Shown here: one piece after another, positions 1 through 13,495 of the stretch
How the letters are laid out: each line of letters starts with the position of its first letter
Position numbering within the stretch: the stretch's first letter is position 1
DNA from: Lingula anatina
Taxonomy: Eukaryota; Animalia; Brachiopoda
Direction of reading: 5' to 3'
DNA length: 64,000 bases
Assembly: GCA_051362555.1 (NCBI GenBank)
Contig: CM120642.1
Location: 20,212,001 to 20,276,000 of the forward strand
Made by a program: the position numbers and the translations under genes
The notes under the pieces: model-generated
What the model was told of the DNA's origin: nothing
The model's database searches: none
The model's input: the letters and a program-made list of their open reading frames with translations, nothing else

Positions 1-310
1 CAGTGTGGGATATTTTTGCTTGCATAGTAATATTACATGTAATAGATGTACAACTGATGTGTGCTTTTAAAATTTTTAGCACAAGTAGTGTATTTAGGAA
101 TTTCTTTCCACCAGAGGAACTGGTAATTTGTCAAGCTGAATAGCTACTAGGTGTGTAGACATTATAAGCTTCTCAACACGTAAAGTTCTGAAGTAAAATA
201 ATTTAAACTTTTGTCCCAGCACCAATTTCTGTCACCCAGGGGCAGTAATCTCTTTTCCTCGCCCTCAAATTCACTAATCTAATTTTAATAACCATTTTTC
301 ATATTTCCAG

Positions 311-3300
311 TATGACTGGCCTGATCTGGAGGCAGACTCGGGGATCAGAGAGACCAGGATGTTGTATCAGTTCACGTATTTGCCAACTGGATTGTTCAAC
401 AGGGCACAGGTACAAACATCTGTTTTACAAAATGACTGGAGTTTTGTGCTTTGTGAAGACAGCTTAGTTTTCATAAGTTAGTTTATAAAATTAGTTTTGT
501 CTTATCAGCCTCAAACAATTTTATAAATGGATACTATTTTTGTTTACAGTTTTTCTTGAATCATTATAATAAAGTTTTCATATTGTTTTCTAAAAGGTCA
601 TTCAAAACCATTTTTTAAAATGCTTTTAAAATGTTTTCTGTGTTTTCTCAACATATTATCATGTTTTGAAAACATTTTTCTTGAAACATAATAATTTTTA
701 AAAAAATGTTTGCGAATGTTTTAGAGAAACATTTTTAAAAAGTTATCAAATAACATTTCAGAAAATCATTTTTAAAATGTTTGTAAATAACGTTTTAGAA
801 AAACATTTTTAAAATGTTTTGAAATAATGTTTTAGAAAAACATTTTTAAAATGTTTTTAAATAACATTTTAGAAAAAACATTTTTAAAATGTTTTTTAAA
901 TAACATTTTAGAAAAACATTTTTAAATGTTTTCATATAACATTGTAGAAAAACATTTTAAAAAGTTATAGAAATATTTTTGAAGTAACGATTTAGAGAAA
1001 CATTTAAAAAATGTGTTTGAATAACGTTTTAGAAAAACATTTTTAAATGTTTTCGATAATGTTTAAGAAAAACATTTTCAAAATGTTTTCAAATAACATT
1101 TTACAAAAATATTTTAAAGATGTTTTCAAATAACATTTTAGAAAAACATTTAAAAAAAATTTTAATAAAGTTTTAGAAAAACATTTTTAAAATGTTTTTA
1201 AATAATGTTTTAAAAAAACATTTTAAAAATGTTTTTAAATAACATTTAAGAAAAACATTTTTAAAATGTTTTTTAAATAACATTTTAGAAAAACATTTTT
1301 AAATGTTTTCGAATAACGTTTTAGAAACACATTTAAAATATGTTTTTAAATAATGTTTTAGAAAAACATTTTAAAAATGTTTTTAAATAACATTTTAGAA
1401 AAAACATTTTAAAAATGTTTTTTAAATAACATTTTAGAAAAACATTTTTAAATGTTTTCATATAACATTGTAGAAAAACATTTTAAAAAGTTATAGAAAT
1501 ATTTTTGAAGTAACGATTTAGAGAAACATTTAAAAAATGTGTTCGAATAACGTTTTAGAAAAACATTTTTAAATGTTTTCGAATAATGTTTTAGAAAAAC
1601 ATTTTCAAAATGTTTTCAAATAACATTTTACAAAAATATTTTAAAGATGTTTTCAAATAACATTTTAGAAAAACATTAAAAAAAATTTTTAATAAAGTTT
1701 TAGAAAAACATTTTAAAAATGTTTTTAAATAATGTTTTAGAAAAACATTTTAAAAATGTTTTTAAATAACATTTTAGAAAAACATTTTTAAAATGTTTTT
1801 TAAATAACATTTTAGAAAAACATTTTTAAATGTTTTCGAATAACGTTTTAGAAAAACATTTTAAAAATGTTTTTAAATAACGTTTTAGAAAAACATTTTA
1901 AAAATGTTTTTAAATAACATTTTAGAAAAACATCTTTAAAATGTTTTCATATAACATTGTAGAAAAACATTTTAAAAAGTTATCGAAATATTTTAGAAAA
2001 ACATTTTAAAAATGTTTTTAAATAACATTTTAGAAAAACATTTTTAAAATGTTTTTTAAATAACATTTTAGAAAAACATTTTTAAATGTTTTCGAATAAC
2101 CTTTTAGAAAAACATTTTAAAAATAAAAAGTTATCGAAATATTTTAGAAAAACATTTTAAAAATGTTTTTAAATAACATTTTAGAAAAACATTTTAAAAA
2201 TGTTTTTAAATAACATTTTAGAAAAACATTTTAAAATGTTTTTTAAACAACATTTTAGAAAAACATCTTTAAAATGTTTTCATATAACATTGTAGAAAAA
2301 CATTTTAAAAAGTTATCAAAATATTTTCGAAGTAACGTTTTAGAGAAACATTTAAAAAATGTTTGCGAATAATGTTTTATAAAAACATTTTTTAAATGTT
2401 TTCCAATAATGTTTTAGAAAAACATTTTCAAAATGTTTTTAAATAACGATTTACAAAAATATTTTAAAGATGTTTTCAAATAACATTTTAGAAAAACATT
2501 AAGAAAATTTTTTAATAACATTTTAGAAAAAAAGCATTTTAGAAAAAAAGCATTTTAGAAAAAAATAATTTTGGAAAAACATTTTTTAAATGTTTTCAAA
2601 TAACATTGTGGTAAAACATTTTGAAAAAGCTTTAATAATGTTTTCTTATATTTTTGAAATTCTATAACATTTGCGAAAACATGTTAATAACATTTTAATT
2701 TTACTGTGACTATATGACAAACATGGTCTGATTCTTAACTTTTGTTATCAGTTTATTTTCACAATTATGTCACTACAGGTGAGACTGTTCCAGTTCACAG
2801 ACGGCAAGGCAATTTGGAAGGAAGGATCATTCCTGAAGAAGAATGCCCATATTGCTCTCATAAAGCAGACAAGGTAATCCCTGCAGACATAACATTTAGC
2901 TTTCTTCATTCCATTATAATAAAGTTACTGTAGAATTTCAATACACCAAACAGTTTTCAGAAATTTTCAAGATATACGTCTAAACATGTTGAAAGTTCAC
3001 TTAGTCTAATAGTTGACAAGGTGGTGGTCTAACATTTTATTGTATTTTTAAAATAATCCAGAGAGAATGAACTGTCAGTGAAGGTTCAAGGTCCAGAGCC
3101 TGAGAATGTGTTGCTGTTGATTCACGAGGTGTTTGAAGGGTTGATAGCCGAGGCCTACCATGGGGTCACTTACACCTACCTTGTCCAGTGCCCTGACTGT
3201 GTGAACAAACAGGTAATGTGGTCATTGATGTCTGAGCAAGATAACCTTATTTTTTCTATTATTGTATCTCAGTTTACAGCTATGTAAAAGCAACCTGAAT

Positions 3301-3879
3301 GAAGGTTAATATGCACACATCCATCAAGCCTGCATATAATTAAAAAAAATAAAGAACTTGGAGCATGAAAAAGAGAGGTAACAAAATGCATATACTTTAT
3401 ATTGTAGCGAACACATGATCCCTTTCTGTTCCCAAATAACTTGATCCGCCAAGCGTCTAACCATGCTGGAGCTTTCCTGCAGTGTCACAGGTTCTTCCAC
3501 AGCATCTCCCTCAATGAACTGGAAGGTATGATAGCCATTAATAGCAAATCTTCATACGAAAATGCTAGGGCCTTATTTGTTGTTTTCATTAAGCCACATA
3601 TTTTCCTTACATTTGATATATTTAGTATTGTTTTGTATTTTTGTAAATGATGTTGGCAAAATTAACTTAATTGGTTGGCAAATTAATTTTGTTTTTTCAG
3701 AAATGAATATCAAACTAATTTTTAAGCATTTAAACAATCAGCTGGCTAAAATAATCAGATCATCTGCCAACAGTTGTCCTAGACAGCCTTAGTTTGTTAC
3801 AAGATTAAGACAAAGACTGAAGAAAACCTTTATCATGATATGGTTATTATTGTGTGTGTGTTTGCATGTGCGTGTGAGC

Positions 3880-3927
<48 letters not shown>

Positions 3928-6900
3928 TTAAGGTACCTTGAATAACACTCCACTGGTATTTTTTCACGACTCCAGCCATAATGCCGCCAGACAGCAAGAG
4001 TGACCTGGACATGCAGCTGGAGAATTCTATCAGAAAGTTACGTGACATGAGAAAGAACAACTCCACCGACATCTTGGTGTCCTACTGTGCAGCTAACCTG
4101 ACTGAGAATGCCGCAAATCCCATTAAAGTGGTTCAAGATATCAACAACATGGGCTACACCTGGTACATTGAGTTTACTTTATAGTTGTCACATGAACAAT
4201 ATTATAGGATATAGGTCAACGAGACATCATTACAACATGGCACTGACCTAATTGTTTCTGCTAGTTGTTAATGTTTTATCCTTCCTTGAACAAACCATTT
4301 TAATAATGGGTGTTTCCAGAGTGATGTATGTTTCTTTTGTAAAAAATATAATTCCTATACACAAGGGAAGAAGCTTATAAATTAATATTTTTGCCAATTT
4401 ACAAGTCAGATGGATATTGAAGGAATTAAAATTTCACTGTACAGTAGATATATTAAAATAATTGCCAATGGCATAGACAGTTTTGAAGCATATCCAGTGC
4501 ATTATTATTGGCAGTTGTTGTATAATTTTAGTTGGTTTGATGAAGATATTGGGACTAAGACATTGAGCGACTTCATTGTTCCTCTCAAAGATTCAAAGGT
4601 AAGTTGTTCCAAGGCATATGGTGTCTTTATCTTGGATAAATTAAATTTAATTTATTGTTCCAGTAATTTATTCCCCTGATGAAAACATATAAAGTTGTGT
4701 TTGTTTATTTGTTTCTTTTTTTTTTTATTATTTCTTATTATTTGTTTAAGTGCATGCACGAGGGAAGACATGATGTATTGCATCACCAGCTTTCAATTGA
4801 AGGTTTATTGATAACATTTCTAATCTAATCTCAAAAAATAAAGTAATGGAGTTATAATATTATTCTTGCCATGATGAAAATTGAACTATTTTAATTTTAT
4901 CCTTTGCATTTTATTTTGCAGCTTCTATTGGCAATGGTGTCCAAGGAGTATGCAGAAGATGAGAAATGTAAGGAGCTCTTTCAGTATGCCAGCCAGAAGT
5001 TGAAGAAACCATATGTCATAGTCACCATTACCAAAAGTTTTGATTGGACAAAAAGTGAACTGGGCATGAATATTGGACTCCAAGAAGTAAGAGTAATTAA
5101 TGATAATGATAATAATATATTGATGAGATTGTAACCCAGTGAATTTCAGTTGATAAAAAATTTAAGTGCAATGCAATAATACAATTATGTAATTAAAAGC
5201 TTTATGTTTAAATAGAATAAAGTTTTAAGTTTAAACACTGCTACTAGTCTAAGAGCTTTAAAAATACTGCACATGGAAAAAAATGTAGCATTTTACTATT
5301 GGAAACTTAAAAGTGCATAGGGAATAAAGAAGCATTGGAATCTTTCATGCTTAAATTGTGGCACAACATATCTATTGTATATGGTGCATTACATCTTGCT
5401 GGACCTTAAAATTTGCTGTGATTTACATTTTTTTGTGCATAAATAATGGGTACTGGGTAAGAGTAAAATTATATCTATTCATTTTGGAAAATATTATTTA
5501 AAATAGGGAAGTTGCTAACCCAGGTATTTTGTATTTGTTAGATCTTTGTTGACTTGTCAAAGGAGGATGTTTATGATACAAAGCTAGATGAACTTAAGGA
5601 GAAGTTGAAGTCAAAACTGGAAGAAGAAGAGAAGGTGAGGAAGATGCTTGAAAATTATTTATATTTGTGTGATTATGATTTTTGTATCACAAAAAATTTT
5701 CATCATTTAAGGTCATAGTTCGTCATCATTTTCTGTGATAGAAAGCATGTCCAATGAGCTTTATGTAGCCATTTTTAAAAAGGCATCTTTGATTTGTCAA
5801 TTTTATTGGATGAAACCTAGTCAATTTGGAAGACAATTTTTACCTGCTTTAAAGTGCCAATCCACTCCAACATACATGGGTATGGGTAACCTACCAGTAC
5901 ATATAGCAAGTTTGCTAAACCTCTGATGATTAGTGGATGGGTATGGTTAGATTACCAGTACCCATTACCATAATTTTTCTGTACCTCCTCTATTTTATTT
6001 TTGGATTGTGGTATTTTTGTTAAAAGAGGGATAATTTAACTTATTTATATTTATATACTGGTATTTTCTTAAAGTTACAGATAGTTAGGTATACAAGAGT
6101 GAATCAATCACTGGTACTTCTTGCACTCTTTCTTACATATATAGATGAGAAATTAGTATTAAAAAAGAAGTCAGTATCATGATATTACTAAGGAAAAGAT
6201 CAAAATATAATTTTAAGACTGTCACAGGAATCTTTACTGGTTTTTGTAACTGTTATTGTAGAAAGAGCAAGATGCTGTGGACGTATTCATTAGTTACTGC
6301 TGGTCCAATTCTCACGATGCTGTGAAGAAAGGCACCGCCGAAAAGGATGGAGCCCTTGGATGGGAAAAGGGAGACCCCCGTGAAATTAGAAGCTACCTGG
6401 AATCCCAGGGAGTCCGGTGCTGGCTTGATATTGAGCAAGCCGGAAAGGTAAATACAGAAAATCTTTACTAATATTTTCATATGTTATTTTACCCGAACTT
6501 GACTGATATTTCCATTTGCTATTTTACCCAAATTTGACTGTCGCCTTGATATTAAAGTTTATGACATTGAATATAAATAGGAGAATTAATTTTATGGTCA
6601 ATATTGTAACATACTCAACCGTACAATTTGATGCCACTTCAAGGTCTCCTTGGTTTATGTAGACTCCTAACAGTCTGTATCAAACACCATTTAGACCATT
6701 GGTCTTACAAGTTGCCAGGGTTTTACATTGTGAGATCTATGGACCCAGAGCAAAAACTGTTACCAGTAACTAAGTATACACCCAGTTTTAGGGGTACTTC
6801 AATTTTACTGGCATTTGGGAATTGCAAGTGACAATGTTCATATTACAGGGGGTACTAGTAGCATTGTCTTTTTAATGCCTGAAACTTAAAGTAAGGGGTA

Positions 6901-9377
6901 AATCTTAGCAAGTGATGTGCCCTCTCTTTTTTAACTGCTCTTGTAATGCCTGCTCTTTCAGACTGGTTTGTTTGAAGACATCAGTGAAGGGTTGAAAAAG
7001 GCCAAGGTGGTCGTGGCATGTGTCTCAGATGAGGTAGGTAGTATTCAATAACTAGAAAAGCACTCAGAGTGCGCAGACCTCTGCCAAGGCAGCAAAGTCT
7101 CCATCCAATGCCGTTTCACCCCTAAATTTTCGATATTTTTTATTATTGATTGATTATTTATCTGGATCACCACAAAAAACCAGTCATCTGTTCCTTGGCC
7201 CACTTTTGACAGTTCCTGAAAATTTCATTAAAATCGGTCCATAACTTTTTGAGTTATGTTGATGAAAGACAGACAGAAAGACACAGACAAACAGGGGTGA
7301 AAACATAACCTCTTTGATAGAGGTAATAAAATGAGAACATTCAGTAAACTGCATGTATGCATAATACCCAATATACTGCATTTGTTTAGACTGCTTTGTA
7401 GGATGTAGAACCTAGGATGTAATTTATTTATTTCAGCGAGAAAACTCCCCATAATGCTTGTTGAAGCTTAGATCTGCTTTCTACCCCCACCCCCACCCCC
7501 AGATATTTATATTGAATAGAACTAATATCTATTTTAGTATGCCAACTCGCCTAACTGCATGATGGAGCTAAGATTCGCCATGCTGAACTTACGCAAGCCT
7601 CTCGTGGCGTGTGTGGTGGGAACTAAGAGCGAATGGGAAACCAGTGAGGTTTGTAAAGAGAGAAGTCTCATTCAACATTTTTATAAGTAGTTTTTTCTCC
7701 ATGGCTGTTTTTTTTATGGTTTTCTCTTAGTTGAATTTAAGTCCTTTGCATAACAATCCTTATTTATCATGCTTTGTATATGTTAACTACTTCTCTATTG
7801 CTTTTAAAGACAACATTCTTGACTTTTATTTATCAGTAAGATACACAATGTCTGAGACATATAGATTTTGGCAACATACATACTTTGATGGGACATGTGC
7901 GCAGTATTTAGGGAGGGTATTTAAAGTTGATCTGTTTGATATCTTAGGTCAGCATCCTTCTAATGCGTGGACGGGCCTCTGACACAAGTAAGAAGAATAC
8001 TCTTCCCCCCAAGTTCAACTTTCAGCAGAATCTGAAGGAATATCCACCTATGTTCCTGAAGGAAATACAAGACAGAATTGCTCAGGTGAAGGAGGAAATG
8101 GAAAAGAAAGAGGCTGTCAAGGCCCAACCTGCGGAAGCTGCAGATCACACACCGGCAGCCGAGAAACGACAGAAACAAGAGAAAATTGTCTCTTTCCAGG
8201 TGATAAAATAGTTACATTTTAAGGGTTGGTTTGAAACCTGATTAAATGTTTCATTTTACAATTTTGAAGTTTGAAATGTTTATGAAATGCCACTTTCACA
8301 TGAAATGGCCCCAGTATATGCACTGCAGTGACTGTATCCATAACAGGGGATAAAATTCTTATTCTTATGGAATCAAAATTACACAGCACTTGGATCTTTT
8401 TTTAAAGATAATGAATTATATGTTGATAAACAAAAACCTTATATTTTTATGAGTTAATCTATTGATCTTTTGAGATTAATTAAAATTAAAATGAATTAAA
8501 ATTAAAATTTGTTTAAGTATGATAGTTTTTGATATTCTCCCAAGGTGGAGCCACTAGTAACTGTCTTCTGTCTCATTTTCCTTTCAACAGACACTACTAG
8601 CTGTAGCCTTCTTTCCTTCTGTAACAGGTATTTCTAGATCTTACTTTACATCTTTTACCTGTACATGTATATACCCTCTTAGCCTCACTTTATAAAACAA
8701 CTTAGTACTCAGAAGTTGCTCCATGTTTTGAGACTGAGTCTGACTATTTTTAGGCTACGTACTTTAATCCAGGATAGATCTTAATTGTAGTGCCTGTCTC
8801 TCGAATATTTGAGCCATTTCTTACTCATTGTTCAATACTTTCTACTGATTGATTATGTGTCAAATTAGACTGCATTTTTCAGTTGTAAAGTTGAGACTAA
8901 CTTCATTATTTCCTTCTTCTTTGAAATGAGACCTTGCACTCTGTCCTGTGTTTCTGGCAATGATCATCATCATCATTATCAACAATCGTCATTATATCTA
9001 CTTTCTTAGGAGGAGTTTGAGCTCATCCAGAGAAAGCTGATGAGGTTTATTGAAGTCCACCATGCCATCAATCTTGATATCATGCCATACCCAAAACTGT
9101 GCGTACTGGACTACGTGGACCTGGAAGGTACAGTTTTGTACTCAGTACACTTTTTTAAATTTTGAAACTTTTTTTTTCTGTTTTTTGATGAATTTGCTTT
9201 GATTTGCTTCTTTTATTACATGTGGTTCAGTGAGTTAACTGAAAAGAAAGAGAGAGGTGGAATTTTATGATGTGTGGTGATAAAAATTCTTTAATGCCAA
9301 GTGACTGTGATGATTAAAAACTTTTTTTTTCAGTAGCAAATAAATATACAATCTTACAGTTTTTTGGCTTATGAATT

Positions 9378-9446
<69 letters not shown>

Positions 9447-12400
9447 GACTCTCTCTCTCTCTCAGTAAAAAAAGGTTGTACAGTTACAGTATTGCATAAA
9501 AGGATAGAAGTAGAGATTGACAGTTCATGTTGGTAACCTTACAATTGAACACTAAGAGGTTTATCATTAACTAGTTGCTTGTCAATTAAGCTGTAATATG
9601 TGATCAATATTTTCCCATTTTCTTTTAACATGTTGTTGTTTTTTTTGTCGGTATACATATAAAAAGCATATAAACAAATATTTCTGTAGTAATTAACATA
9701 TTGTCTAGTTCCTTCCCATGTTGGGATTTCTGTTTTTGTTCTACATATATTAATATATTTCTTAACTATGATAAGTCAATAAAAACCTTTTATATCACAT
9801 GCTTGCACAAGCCTGAGTATAAAAATCTCAGGAGATTTCTCAATTACAAAACCTAAATTATCTTTTACGGAACAAATGACACTCGTCCAAACATTCTGTA
9901 CATGAGGGCAATTAAAATCTTGTTAATTAGATAATTAACCTTCCAAAAACTCCAATGTTTCTAGCAGGGTACTTTAATTCTTTTCAAAAGATAATTATAT
10001 GTTAACTTATGTATTTGTGAACATTTTATATTAAGGGGACATAATTTATTTCATTTTATTCATTTATTGATTACAAGTTTCTAAATTATGTGGTTGGAAT
10101 TTTAGGTCATGCTGAGGCCGTTAAGAAGAGTATGGTCAATCTTCAGCCACCTGTCAGCGAGCCCGATGATCAAACTGGCCAGCAGCGCAAGTTGGTATGC
10201 AAGATTCTCTGTGAATATGAACAGGTAAAGACATGGGATTTATTTATTTACATTTTTCCAGCGTAAGTTCCAATACAATAAAATCATAGGTCTGCTTTTT
10301 TTCCCCTCCCCCTTAGGTGTAATTTTATGCAGCAAAAAGTTGAGTATAATTTCTGTAACTGAATCAAATAGGGTATTTATCACTTCACTTTCACCAGCTC
10401 AGTCTAGTGTGAAAGTATGAATAAAGGTATCATTTAAATACCATGATATTTTTTTTCGAAAACTTAACTTTGAACTGTCACAGTAGTATTATGATTTCTT
10501 TGTATATAAGATTATACATTTAAATGATAAAGGACACTATTGTACAAAATATCTTCTAAATGATGGGATTATAATAAAATTTACTGTGTAGGTTACTTTA
10601 TGTCTTACATGCACAATAAGATTTAAAAGTCCACCTTCATAGTTCATATTATTAAAAAATTTTTGTCTAATTTTCAGGGCTGGCACTTGAGTGGGCCACC
10701 TATCCTCCTGAAGCTGAAAGACCAGGAGAAGTTTATAGCCGACTCGGCAGCCTATCTGGCCAGAATGAATGCCGTTCTCAAACACAGTGGGGTCAACCTG
10801 ACCTGTATGGGGGGCTCGGATGAGGCACTGGAGTTTGTCAGAGACATTGAGCTGGTAGGCACTTGCTTGTATCCAAAGGATGCCATCAGAAGAGTCATCT
10901 AGTACAGTAACATTGAAAAGAAAACATTTATAAGTTTCTTAATAATTAAAAATCCTACCCCTCCGGAGCCAGACCTAGCCCTGTTGTGCATTGGTCTTTC
11001 CAGGCCTAACCAAATATAGCCGTTGATATCAATCTTGTCACAGTTACTGGAGCACAAATGTGTCTCTGCTAATCCTATAATTTCCATTTCTTGTTTTATA
11101 ATTATGGATGACAGAATTCCATGTTGTTTATCCTGATTGGAAGTCCTTGTTTGTATTCCGTTGTTACTCTTCTTCCTGCCTGTCCTGTTATCATTGTCGC
11201 TCTGCCTGCCCGTACTGCTATCGTTGTCACTGCCTGCCTGTCCTACCATCATTGTCACTGCCTGCCTGTCCTACTATCATTGTGGTCAAGCATCACGGAG
11301 GTCCCTCTTATGTGGATATTCCCCTTCCCTGAATCAATGTGATTCACTATTGCACGGATATTGTTACTTTTTCTACATTGCTCCACAGTTGTAAATTCTT
11401 CTATGTACACATTTCTGAAGTTCCTCGTGTCTTTTAGCAGTTTTTTGGCTTGGGATTTCCTTTCTATCTTCTGGTTTTGCACACTTGGCTATTACTAAAC
11501 CAGGTCGATCCACATATGGAGAATAGGAAATGTTGATCACATAAAAATGAAACCATTTATGAGATTTTTAACCATGGACAGACAGAAGATGTTTGAATTA
11601 TGACCTGTATGGTTTGACAATGCTACATCACTCTTCCCAAATATCCCTTAAAGATTAAAATTTAATTTATTCATTCAGACATGATTCTGATGACTTACAT
11701 GTAATGGCATTAGATTTTTTTTCACATTGTAAGTTTTGTATCATATACTAGTAGTATGAGTAATAAATTTAAATGTGTCTGTTATTTATCTGTATAATTA
11801 CAGAAAGGAACAGACACTTCCGGCTTTGCCAAGGCCTTCAAACATTTCCGTGAAGAGGTGATGAAGAATGATGTGCATAAAGTTAGAGGACATTTGAAAA
11901 GGTTGGTACCGCAGATAATGGGAAACAGCAGCAGGAGAAAACGCTCAGAATTTTCTAGGTTTGCTGTGAGGGAAGAGTACTGTAAATTGTGTATAATTGT
12001 TATAGTTTACTTAAAATTCTGTACAGCTTTATTTGGTGATTGAAGTGCTTATTCAAACAAGTCATTAAATTAAGATTATTATGTTTAAATGTATATATTT
12101 TCCATAAAGTTTATCCTCACATAGGATATTTCTAATTCTACTTAAATAATATCATGACATTGTCTTGTTTTAGATGTTTGTTGCCCAGTGGTAAAATCCG
12201 CTGGTTATGTCCCAAGCATGCAGACGGGCCTCGTATAACTATCTTGAACAGCGACCTGGCCACAGCCAAAGATGCTGTGTTGCCGTACTCGAAATGTGAT
12301 GAAGAAACAATGCAGCTCATCAAAGGTGATTTGAAAATTGATGCACTCTACCATGCCAAAATGATACAATTACAACAATATTTTAGTGTTCTTAAAGAAA

Positions 12401-13495
12401 ATTATAAAAAAAAAGTTAGAAGGAAGAGCACCTTAATTATATTTGCCTTACAAGGAGATCTGCTTTGTTGTCCTTTCATGAAGTTTACAATTAATGTTAT
12501 TTTAACATGATTCAGTAATTAATTTTATAGGCAATCCTCTGCATCTTGACAGTATACTACATGTATCAAAGTCACAAACATATTTGCAGTTTAACTGATG
12601 CTTAAAAAAAGTAAAGAAAATATGTATAGAACGTCTAAGTGGTCTAATTTCAGCGGATTCTAAATATGAGCAAACTGTACAGGCCAGACAGACCCAGGGG
12701 CAGGATGCAGCCAGCGCCCTGAAAATCACTGCCCAAGACCTGCAAGGTAAACAACATCCATTTGATGCATTGACATTGCTTAATCATTTTTTAAATTAGC
12801 CTTACTTTGTGTTTTTCATTACATATGACACACAATAGTCCAAATGCCAAGAGAGGATTTACAGTATAGATATACTGAAATAAAGACTTTCTAATAGATC
12901 CTTTCAATCTATACTTTATAGTTAATGACTGTTTCAAGCAGACACTCTACTGACTTGAATATATCAGATATGATCAATTCAGCAATAAAACTTTCTTGTG
13001 GTAGTAGGGCATATTTTATATACTTCTTCTCTGTTCACTAATATCAGTTGTATTACCTCGATTTTGAACATACTCATGTGTTTCAACATTTATTATGCAG
13101 TTACAGACCCATTGATATGAGTGGCACCTAAACCTTCATGCTATGGGAATTGTAATCAGTCATCCCTGAAATAAAGCAATGAATGTGTATCAAGAAATAT
13201 TCTTTAGAAGCCAAAATTGATCTAATTTTGACTTTCTGTACTTCTAGCTCCTAGAATTGCAGAGCATGTGACCATCAATGGTCCCGCCTCACCAAAGAAA
13301 TTGGAAAAGAAAAAATCTACCAGAAAGATGAAAGCTACACAAGCTGCTGCCAGAGTTGCTGGATCATATGCCAAGGCCAAAAAGAACAATTCTGTGGCCC
13401 AGGAGAGTAATGGTCAGGCACCTGCTCAGGCACCTGCCCAGGCACAAGGTGAAGGAAATGGGGAGAAGAAGAGCAAAGCATGTGTGATAATGTAA
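311..13495 (+). CDS. ROCO-like protein, 3' part (COR region, TIR, TIR, second COR-like module, CAAX); 5' end lies outside the window
   Basis: 19 GT-AG exons join in frame: 311-409, 2779-2873, 3062-3212, 3408-3525, 3976-4162, 4532-4598, 4922-5086, 5542-5634, 6262-6447, 6962-7033, 7538-7648, 7948-8199, 9010-9127, 10106-10224, 10678-10854, 11804-11901, 12174-12325, 12654-12746, 13248-13495. COR-like: YQFTYLPTGLFNRAQVRL..IWKEG..VQCPDC. TIR1: DILVSYC..CWFD..MVSKEY..CKELF. TIR2: DVFISYCW..CWLDIEQ..LFEDISEGL..CVSDEYANSPNCMMELRFA. Protein ends KKSKACVIM*. Confidence 0.85.
590..2690. repeat. AT-rich ~38-41 bp tandem satellite in a ROCO intron
   Basis: Recurrent unit AATAACATTTTAGAAAAACATTTTTAAAATGTTTTTA. 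A variant block (GAAGTAACG..TAGAGAAACATTTAAAAAATG) recurs near 981, 1507 and 2328, suggesting higher-order structure. Confidence 0.95.
3851..3924. repeat. (TG)n microsatellite
   Basis: Imperfect then perfect TG run, ending about 50 nt upstream of the 3976 acceptor. Confidence 0.95.
7050..7326 (-). mobile_element. Short HINE/DINE-like (Helentron-associated) non-autonomous element, family A
   Basis: Begins ACTAGAAAAGCACTCAGAGTGC (hairpin), has subterminal IR ACCTCTGCCAAGG / CCTCTTTGATAGAGGT and a GACA microsatellite. Homologous copies at 38323 and 46892. Confidence 0.75.
9379..9463. repeat. (CA)n followed by (CT)n microsatellite
   Basis: Directly visible. Confidence 0.95.
10899..11520 (-). 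mobile_element. Truncated LINE fragment (end of ORF1 plus N-terminus of the ORF2 APE endonuclease) in a ROCO intron
   Basis: Minus-strand EIIGLAETHL..IDINGYIWLGLER..RSGSGGVGFLI matches APE endonuclease motifs. Upstream AKKLLKDTRNFRNVYIEE resembles an ORF1 C-terminus. A ~30-bp tandem repeat (11170-11285) lies between them. Confidence 0.8.

Noticed and set aside
3851-3924. UG repeat as a TDP-43 binding site linking the ROCO gene to the TARDBP-derived array
   Set aside because: TG microsatellites are common; nothing in the sequence supports a functional link.
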